In this document: positions 57,222 to 64,000 of the stretch, one piece after another
Position numbering within the stretch: the stretch's first letter is position 1
Layout of the letters: every line of letters begins with the position of its first letter
DNA from: Bdellovibrio sp.
GTDB lineage: Bacteria; Bdellovibrionota; Bdellovibrionia; Bdellovibrionales; Bdellovibrionaceae
Direction: 5' to 3'
Assembly (NCBI GenBank): GCA_036676395.1
Contig: JAKFCY010000002.1
Location: forward strand, 1,152,001-1,216,000
DNA: 64,000 nt
The notes under the pieces: model-generated
Seen by the model: only the letters and a program-made list of their open reading frames with translations
The model's database searches: none
What the model was told of the DNA's origin: nothing
Made by a program: the position numbers and the translations under genes

Positions 57222-58115
57222 ATGAAGTATAAACTAAGAAGACAGCTCACTGAAAAATTTATTGAACTGATTCTATTCTTAGCTGCAGCAAGTTCAGTGC
57301 TGATCACATTTTTTATTGTCTATACTTTAGTGACCGAAGCCTTTCCATTTTTTAAAGAAGTCGGTCTAAAAGATTTTATTTTTGAAACTGAATGGACGCC
57401 GTTATTTGAAAATCCAAAATACGGGATCGCCGCTTTAGTTTCGGGAACTTTGTTAACCACAACGATAGCGCTTTTTGTGGCATTGCCGTTTGGGATTATC
57501 ACTTCAGTGTTTTTGAGTGAATACGCAACAGATAAAGTGCGTGAAATTTTTAAACCATTACTAGAACTATTGGCCGCGGTGCCAACTGTTGTCTATGGTT
57601 ATTTTGCAATGACATTGATAACGCCGTGGTTACAAAAAATATTTCCTGACCTTTCAGGTTTTAATGCGTTAAGTGCAGGCCTGGTGATGGGGATTATGAT
57701 TGTTCCCTATGTGAGTTCACTATCTGAGGATGCGATGCGAGCAGTGCCTCAGCAATTACGTGAAGGAAGTCTTGCCTTAGGGGCTTCTAAATTTCAAACA
57801 TCTTTTCGCGTCGTCATTCCGAGTGCGTTTTCAGGAATTGCTTCAGCTTTCGTTCTAGCGATTTCACGTGCACTGGGTGAAACCATGGTTGTGGCCATCG
57901 CCGCCGGATTAGAACCCAAATTTGGTTTTAATCCGTTAGGCCCAACAGAAACATTAACTGCTTATATCGTACAAGTCAGCCAAGGCGATCTTCCGCAAGG
58001 TAGCATGGGGTATCGCACGATTTATGTGTGCGGCATCGTTTTACTATTATTTACCCTGACTTTTAATATTATCGGGCAGACCATTCGTCACCGTATGGAA
58101 AAGCAGGTGAAATAG
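57222..58115 (+). CDS. pstC: Phosphate ABC transporter permease PstC
   Basis: ELLAAVPTVVYG, EDAMRAVP...LREGSLALGA and RALGETM motifs. Confidence 0.95.
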   Translation: MKYKLRRQLTEKFIELILFLAAASSVLITFFIVYTLVTEAFPFFKEVGLKDFIFETEWTPLFENPKYGIAALVSGTLLTTTIALFVALPFGIITSVFLSEYATDKVREIFKPLLELLAAVPTVVYGYFAMTLITPWLQKIFPDLSGFNALSAGLVMGIMIVPYVSSLSEDAMRAVPQQLREGSLALGASKFQTSFRVVIPSAFSGIASAFVLAISRALGETMVVAIAAGLEPKFGFNPLGPTETLTAYIVQVSQGDLPQGSMGYRTIYVCGIVLLLFTLTFNIIGQTIRHRMEKQVK

Positions 58116-59039
58116 ATGTTTGATCAAACGAATGCAAAATTATTGCAACAGATTAAGTTTTTAAAAGCCCAAGATGTCGTGTTTTGGTTTGTCGGTTTAT
58201 TTGTTTTAGCCGGCGCTTTTATTATTTTATTCGCCCTGATCTATGACATGGGGCAAACAGGTATTCCGCGGATTAATCAAGAATTCTTTCTGAACTTTCC
58301 TTCACGCTTTGCCGGACGCGCGGGAATTTTAGCCGCTTGGGTTGGAAGTCTTTGTGTGGTGTTAGTCACTGCCTTATTAGCTATTCCATTAGGAGTAGCA
58401 ACGGGTGTGTATTTAGAAGAATATGCTCCTAAAGGTTGGTTTTCTCGAATGATCGAATTAAACATTTTAAACTTAGCGGGAGTTCCGTCGATCATTTACG
58501 GGATCATGGCCCTATCGCTGTTTGTTTACGAGTTTGGTTTAAAACAAAGTATTTTAACCGCCGGCATGACTTTAGGGCTTTTGATTTTACCGATTATTAT
58601 TGTAACAACTCGTGAAGCGATTCGTACGATTCCAAATCACATTCGTGAAGCCAGTTACGCCCTAGGCGCTACGAAATGGCAAACAGTGCGCAGTCACATC
58701 GTTCCGTACAGTTTCGGCGGCATCATGACAGGCGTTGTGATCGCATTATCGCGTGCGATTGGTGAAACCGCGCCGTTACTAACCGTCGGAGCGGTGGCAT
58801 TCATTGCCTTTTTGCCGACCCCGCCGGTGATGGCTGTGGCTCCTTATGTGAGTGCGCAATGGTTAATGGATCCTTACACGGTGATGCCAATTCAAATGTT
58901 TAACTGGATTTCACGCCCGCAAGAAGAATTTCATGTGAATGCTGCCGCTGCAGGTATTGTGCTACTATCAATGACTCTGGTGTTAAATGCGCTGGCGATT
59001 TTTATTCGTTACCGTTTCAGAAAGAAATATAAGTGGTAA
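58116..59039 (+). CDS. pstA: Phosphate ABC transporter permease PstA
   Basis: NLAGVPSIIYG, REASYALGATKWQT and RAIGETAPL motifs. Confidence 0.95.
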   Translation: MFDQTNAKLLQQIKFLKAQDVVFWFVGLFVLAGAFIILFALIYDMGQTGIPRINQEFFLNFPSRFAGRAGILAAWVGSLCVVLVTALLAIPLGVATGVYLEEYAPKGWFSRMIELNILNLAGVPSIIYGIMALSLFVYEFGLKQSILTAGMTLGLLILPIIIVTTREAIRTIPNHIREASYALGATKWQTVRSHIVPYSFGGIMTGVVIALSRAIGETAPLLTVGAVAFIAFLPTPPVMAVAPYVSAQWLMDPYTVMPIQMFNWISRPQEEFHVNAAAAGIVLLSMTLVLNALAIFIRYRFRKKYKW

Positions 59040-59042
59040 AAC

Positions 59043-59819
59043 ATGAAAAATATTAAAGCCGAAGTTAAAAATCTAACTTTTAGTTATGACAAAACATCGA
59101 CTGGTCGCCCAGTGCTAAATTCGGTAAGTCTTCCGGTTTTTGAAAATAGCATTACGGCTTTAATTGGTCCGTCGGGCTGCGGTAAGACCACGCTGCTTCG
59201 TTGTTTTAATCGTATGCATGATCTTTATGGTGCGGTTAAGTACGAAGGTAAAATTATTTTACAACCCTCTGGTTTTGATATTTTGTCTAAGCAAGTTGAT
59301 CCTTTAGAAGTGCGCATGAAGGTCGGAATGGTTTTTCAAAAACCAAATCCATTTCCTAAATCAATCTATGAAAACGTAGCTTATGGTTTGAAAATTCGCG
59401 GTATTAAAAAGAAGTCTTATCTTGATGATAAAGTTGAAGATTCACTTAAAAAAGCAGGCCTGTGGAAAGAAGTAAGCGATCGTTTAAAAGCTTCAGCCTC
59501 TGCGTTATCAGGTGGTCAGCAGCAGCGTCTTTGCATTGCGCGCGCGCTGGCGACTGAGCCTGAATTATTACTTTTAGATGAACCAACGTCAGCTCTTGAC
59601 CCGATTTCAACCGCGCATATTGAAGAGCTTATAGGTGAGCTTAAAAAAACAGTAACGATTTTAATGGTTACGCATAATCTACACCAAGCAGGACGTGCTT
59701 CAGATTTTACGGCGTTTATGTACCTTGGAGATTTGATTGAGTTTGGCGAAAGTTCGCAAGTGTTCACGAACCCGAAAGAAGAGAAAACAGAGAACTATAT
59801 TACCGGTCGTTTCGGGTAG
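59043..59819 (+). CDS. pstB: Phosphate ABC transporter ATPase PstB
   Basis: [36 protein letters not shown] and YITGRFG motifs. Confidence 0.97.
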   Translation: MKNIKAEVKNLTFSYDKTSTGRPVLNSVSLPVFENSITALIGPSGCGKTTLLRCFNRMHDLYGAVKYEGKIILQPSGFDILSKQVDPLEVRMKVGMVFQKPNPFPKSIYENVAYGLKIRGIKKKSYLDDKVEDSLKKAGLWKEVSDRLKASASALSGGQQQRLCIARALATEPELLLLDEPTSALDPISTAHIEELIGELKKTVTILMVTHNLHQAGRASDFTAFMYLGDLIEFGESSQVFTNPKEEKTENYITGRFG

Positions 59820-59824
59820 CTTGA

Positions 59825-60937
59825 TTAGGAAAAATAAATAGTTTTAATTTTTTCTAGCATAGCGCTTTTAGAAAAATCGCGTTGCACTTTTGCGTAAGCT
59901 TTTTCAGCTTTAAGCGCGGGATCAGTTTTTCCTTCATAAAGAGATTTCAGAATTTCAAAGTATGACTCTGGCGAGTTATCGTAAGAAATATAACCAACAT
60001 CTTCTGTCATAATCTCTTTTAATCCGCCTATGAATGATGATAGAACGGGCACTTTTAACGCCATGGCTTCGATTGGAACATAGCCAAAAGATTCATATCT
60101 TGAAGGCTGAACTACAATATCGGCAGATAACATTTCAGTTTCGATATTTTCTGTATAGGGTTTAATTTCGATTTGAGCTGAAAGGCCTTTTTCTTGAATA
60201 AGTTTTTCAAGGTTAGATTTTTCTTCACCTTTTCCGAAAATGGTATAGTGAAATGGAACTTGGTTTTTTTGCAGTAAGGCACAAGCTTCGATTAAGATGT
60301 CATGCCCCTTTAGGTGTCGTAGTAGACCAAAACTTTTTAAATTTAGCGCGCCGCCAGGTGAGAATTTTTTAGGCATTATCTCTGTTTTGACGTCAACTCC
60401 ATTTGGATTCACCACTAGGCGAGAATTTGACCCCACGTTTTTTACAAACAGGTCTTTAGAGTATTTCGACTCGAAAAGAAAAACATTTGTTAGCGGAATT
60501 AATAATTTTTCAATGGCGTCGTATATAAAGTTTTTAAGCTTACCGTGAGACCGATGAAGGCTCCCGCCATGCGGAGTATATATGCATTTGCAGCGTAAAA
60601 TTAACCCCAATAAACGCGAGTATAAGCCACCTTTGGCGCCGTGTCCGTGAAGAACCATAATTGGTTTTTTACGAAGAATATTAAAAATAAAAATCAAATT
60701 TATTAAGTCTGAAGACTTTGGGCCTTCAGAGATATTCAGATTGTAAATGGTTACATTCGCGGGTAGCGGCGGGGTAAAATTAGCCTCAGAAAGATCAGTA
60801 AAAATTAACACGTTTACGTTAGAGTCTGCACTAAAATACGCGGCAATGTCTCTGACGTGTTTTCCAATGCCTCCGAGGGGCGAACGCAGAATTTGAACGA
60901 GAACGGGCTTGCTTGTCTGTTGTGTTGGCACTGGCAT
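59825..60937 (-). CDS. Glycosyltransferase family 4
   Basis: GGIGKHV, HGHGAKGG, KGHDILIEA and PSRYESFGYVPIEAMA (EX7E) motifs; start uncertain (60937 or 60976). Confidence 0.88.
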   Translation of the reverse strand: MPVPTQQTSKPVLVQILRSPLGGIGKHVRDIAAYFSADSNVNVLIFTDLSEANFTPPLPANVTIYNLNISEGPKSSDLINLIFIFNILRKKPIMVLHGHGAKGGLYSRLLGLILRCKCIYTPHGGSLHRSHGKLKNFIYDAIEKLLIPLTNVFLFESKYSKDLFVKNVGSNSRLVVNPNGVDVKTEIMPKKFSPGGALNLKSFGLLRHLKGHDILIEACALLQKNQVPFHYTIFGKGEEKSNLEKLIQEKGLSAQIEIKPYTENIETEMLSADIVVQPSRYESFGYVPIEAMALKVPVLSSFIGGLKEIMTEDVGYISYDNSPESYFEILKSLYEGKTDPALKAEKAYAKVQRDFSKSAMLEKIKTIYFS

Positions 60938-61031
60938 ATCTAATTTGACTACAGCACAGAAAAAGGTACGATACAAAATATTTTTTGAGAGAGCAAAACT
61001 AAGCTAAAACTCTCGTAGGGTGGAATTTATA

Positions 61032-62420
61032 ATGCGAAAACTAGAGGGTCGATGGACTGACAAACTCAGCATGATTTCTCAAGTTCTTGACTCAGTCGGA
61101 ACTAGCGCCATCGGTTGGTTGTTGTACGCCATATTTAACTATCAAATGACTCTACCTTCTGACTATTCGATGATGGTGACTTTGAATTTTTTATTAATTT
61201 TACTGATCTTTCCTAAATTTAAACTTTATAGTTCTTGGCGCGGACGTAGTCGTATTCACAGAGCATTTCAGGTTCTTTATGCATGGGTCTGTGTACTGGT
61301 CGCAATTTTAGTGGCTTTATTCATGTTAAAAAGTTCGGCGATTTTTTCAAGAAAGTGGTTTTTCATTTGGGGAGTGTCGGCTTACTTTTATCTAGTAATC
61401 TATCGCGCGCTAATCGATCAGATATTAAATTTCTTACGTAAACACAAATTCAACAGAAAAATGATCGTTGTTTACGGTGCCGGCGCTGTCGGAAAAAGTG
61501 TTCAAGAAAAACTTTCTGAAAATTACGAAGTGGGTTTTGATATTTTGGCTTTCGTTGATGATAACGATAAAATTCAAGATACAAAGATCAATGGTGTGCC
61601 CGTATTGGCCCCGGTAAAACTTAATGATCTGATGGGTGAATGCGACGAGATTTGGTTAGCGCTACCTTTGCGCGCTGATAAAAAAATGCAGGAAATCTTG
61701 CACGATACCCGCCACCACACTTGCGTAATTCGCTTTATTCCAGACATCTTTAATTTTCGGTTACTGAATCATTCTGTCACTGAAATCGCTGACATTCCAA
61801 TTATTGAAATTAATGGAACACCGATGAGCTGGGTGGATCGCCTAGTGAAAAGAGTTTCGGATTTTATTTTAGCGGCAATTATCCTATTGCTGATTTCTCC
61901 GATCCTTTTAACTATTGCGCTTGCGATTAAGTTAACTTCGCGTGGACCAATTCTTTACAAACAAACGCGTCACGGTTGGAGTGGTAAGCCCATCAATGTT
62001 TATAAATTCAGAAGCATGTACTTCGAAAAAAACGAAGTGTTTAAGCAAGCTACTTCTGCAGATTGTCGTATTACTCCAGTGGGTAAGTTTTTAAGAAAAA
62101 CTAGCCTTGATGAGCTGCCGCAGTTTTTCAACGTGCTTCAGGGGCGCATGTCGATCGTAGGCCCGCGCCCGCACGCGATTGTAATGAATTTAGAATATCA
62201 GGATAAGATTGATAATTACATGCAACGACACAAGGTTCGTCCTGGTATTACAGGCTGGGCGCAAGTAAATGGCTTTCGCGGCGAGACTGATACGATTGAA
62301 AAAATGCAAAAGCGTATCGAGTATGATTTGTACTATATCGAAAACTGGTCGTTATTTTTTGATTACAGAATTATTTTGCAAACAATATATAAAGGCTTTG
62401 TAAATAAAAATGCATACTAA
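61032..62420 (+). CDS. wcaJ: Undecaprenyl-phosphate glucose phosphotransferase (WcaJ/GumD-like)
   Basis: KRVSD, YKFRSM, LRKTSLDELPQFFNVLQG.MSIVGPRPH and PGITGWAQVNG motifs. Confidence 0.9.
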   Translation: MRKLEGRWTDKLSMISQVLDSVGTSAIGWLLYAIFNYQMTLPSDYSMMVTLNFLLILLIFPKFKLYSSWRGRSRIHRAFQVLYAWVCVLVAILVALFMLKSSAIFSRKWFFIWGVSAYFYLVIYRALIDQILNFLRKHKFNRKMIVVYGAGAVGKSVQEKLSENYEVGFDILAFVDDNDKIQDTKINGVPVLAPVKLNDLMGECDEIWLALPLRADKKMQEILHDTRHHTCVIRFIPDIFNFRLLNHSVTEIADIPIIEINGTPMSWVDRLVKRVSDFILAAIILLLISPILLTIALAIKLTSRGPILYKQTRHGWSGKPINVYKFRSMYFEKNEVFKQATSADCRITPVGKFLRKTSLDELPQFFNVLQGRMSIVGPRPHAIVMNLEYQDKIDNYMQRHKVRPGITGWAQVNGFRGETDTIEKMQKRIEYDLYYIENWSLFFDYRIILQTIYKGFVNKNAY

Positions 62421-63786
62421 TAGCGAAATCAAGTCTTGGTCTGCGAAGAAAATTAATCTCTACATTTTTTTATTTGCGTTCACCTTCGCTATCGTCTGTA
62501 TGTTTACAGCCCGTGAAATAATTATTCCTAGAATGAACTGGAATGGTATTGACGGGCATTTGGCGGGAGACCCACAGCTTTATCATAAGGTAGCCACCAA
62601 GAAAGCTGAAGAGATGAGGCAAAAAGGGCTATCTGTATTTGAATTGCGTCCGGGTAGTTCTGGGCCCGCTGGTATCGCCAGTTTAATGTATTTATTTTTT
62701 AATTCAGTTTATGCTGTTGTTATTTTAAATGCCTTGCTTCATGCGCTGAGTGTTTTACTTTGTTATTTAATTTTATCTAATTGGTTTTCGCCGAAAATTT
62801 CTTTGATCGGCGCTATACCCATGTTCTTGTCGCCTTATCAAATGATATGGTTTTCGCAAATTAATAAAGATAGTTATGCTGTGACTAGTGCATTGTTGAT
62901 CATTTATGGAGTTGTAAGGATTATAAAAAAAGCGACTCAGAATTTTAATAAATCAAATTATGCATTTGGAACTGTAGCAATCTGTTCAGGATCAGTTTTA
63001 GCAGGCTTGGTAAGGCCTTATATGAATCAGATTAACTTTGTTGTACTATTGCTAGTGTTTTTAACGCCCCTAGTTTTAAGAAAAGTTAAAAGTTGGAAAA
63101 TATATTTGCCTGTTGTCGTGTTAGTTTTATTTGTAATCAAAATGCAGTCGACTGGCGCTACATCTGATCAAACGATTGATAGCTTTAAGGATTTTGTTTT
63201 GACGCCAGAGATGACTCAAACTCAAAAGCCTGTAAAAATCTTAAATGTAGTTGATAAGTGTTTAATTTCGCTGAGTAACAATAATTGGAAAAATGATTTT
63301 TTACCCAATTATGTAAATGATAAAATTAAAGGCCTTTTGGGCCAGCGATGTAGTATATTTACTATTCTCTATAACCAGACAGATTTAAACACATTAGACT
63401 CTATTGTTGATGATCATATATTGCCGGGTTCGACCTCGGAAGCATTTGCTTATTTTCCGCGTGCGTTTAGTTTGGGAATATTTGCACCGTGGCCGAATAA
63501 ATGGCTACATGTGTTTGAAAAAAGATTTTCATTTTTTTATTTGATTGCTCCAATTGAGGCTTTTTTTCTTTATCTGGGGCTATTATTTTTGTTTTATTGG
63601 ATCTATGTCGAAAAACAGTTTTTGGCGATAGTGCCTGTTTTTATATCATTTTCTATTATGGCCATTTATGGTATTTCGATTCCATTTTTGGGAGCTTTGT
63701 ATAGATATCGTTATGCATGGTGGATGCTTTTACTCGGGTTAGGTATAAGCGCCTTTTTAACAGTTCTGCAAAAAAAGAAAAAATAA
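62410..63786 (+). CDS. Multi-pass membrane protein (possible Wzy-like polymerase or GT-C)
   Basis: Many TM segments, NKD and GALYRYR motifs; located between wcaJ and galU. Confidence 0.55.
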   Translation: MHTNSEIKSWSAKKINLYIFLFAFTFAIVCMFTAREIIIPRMNWNGIDGHLAGDPQLYHKVATKKAEEMRQKGLSVFELRPGSSGPAGIASLMYLFFNSVYAVVILNALLHALSVLLCYLILSNWFSPKISLIGAIPMFLSPYQMIWFSQINKDSYAVTSALLIIYGVVRIIKKATQNFNKSNYAFGTVAICSGSVLAGLVRPYMNQINFVVLLLVFLTPLVLRKVKSWKIYLPVVVLVLFVIKMQSTGATSDQTIDSFKDFVLTPEMTQTQKPVKILNVVDKCLISLSNNNWKNDFLPNYVNDKIKGLLGQRCSIFTILYNQTDLNTLDSIVDDHILPGSTSEAFAYFPRAFSLGIFAPWPNKWLHVFEKRFSFFYLIAPIEAFFLYLGLLFLFYWIYVEKQFLAIVPVFISFSIMAIYGISIPFLGALYRYRYAWWMLLLGLGISAFLTVLQKKKK

Positions 63787-63830
63787 CTGTATGACTTGCC
63801 GATCTGCGAAACTAAAGGCATTTTTAGTAA

Positions 63831-64000
63831 ATGGCAAAAAAACATAAAATCCGTAAAGCAATTATCCCTGCTGCTGGTTTGGGCACCCGCTTTTTTCCAG
63901 CGACTAAAACTGTTCCTAAAGAAATGCTACCGATCGTGGATCGTCCTGCTATTTTGTATGTGATAGAAGAAGCTGTTCAGGCCGGTATTACAGATATTAT
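63831..64000 (+). CDS. galU: UTP--glucose-1-phosphate uridylyltransferase, 5' part (runs off the window edge)
   Basis: Manual translation [39 protein letters not shown]...EEAVQAGI. Confidence 0.93.
   Translation, partial: MAKKHKIRKAIIPAAGLGTRFFPATKTVPKEMLPIVDRPAILYVIEEAVQAGITDI

Noticed and set aside
1..64000. CRISPR arrays, rRNA or tRNA genes, known anti-phage defence operons
   Set aside because: No spaced direct repeats or RNA-gene signatures were seen by eye, and intergenic gaps are short; only the BrnTA pair has a possible defence or stress role.

Overview
AT-rich bacterial chromosomal window, most likely from a Bdellovibrionota (Bdellovibrio/Pseudobdellovibrio-like) organism. That assignment is an inference from gene content: alternative complex III with system II cytochrome c maturation, a mevalonate cluster beside rpmI-rplT/pheST, and many orphan signal-peptide proteins. 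Core content in order: LPS genes (waaA partial, GT9), ccs genes plus actABCDEF, a BrnT/BrnA toxin-antitoxin pair, thrS-infC, rpmI-rplT, mevalonate genes, rsmG, pheST-ihfA-MerR, a DEAD-box helicase, and a polysaccharide locus (waaL-like, manC, GT4, wcaJ-like, galU partial) with pstCAB embedded in it. The main highlight is an ~8-kb block of eight minus-strand genes, all encoding apparent exported proteins, that splits infC from rpmI. By manual motif reading it contains a CHAD-like polyphosphate-binding protein, a VTC/CYTH triphosphate-tunnel enzyme, a Fam20C/CotH-like atypical kinase and a PFA-DSP/Siw14-like phosphatase with a CX5A loop. Together these make a candidate extracytoplasmic polyphosphate/phosphotransfer system. 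Other highlights are an unannotated leaderless Thr-rich leader peptide (MLFITTTTTF) upstream of thrS, an AUU-initiated IF3 with an N-terminal extension, a structured rpmI leader, recurrent leaderless-type promoters and a secreted clan CD-like peptidase candidate. All family assignments come from reading motifs by eye; no database searches were run. No tRNA, rRNA, CRISPR array, integrase or transposase was seen.
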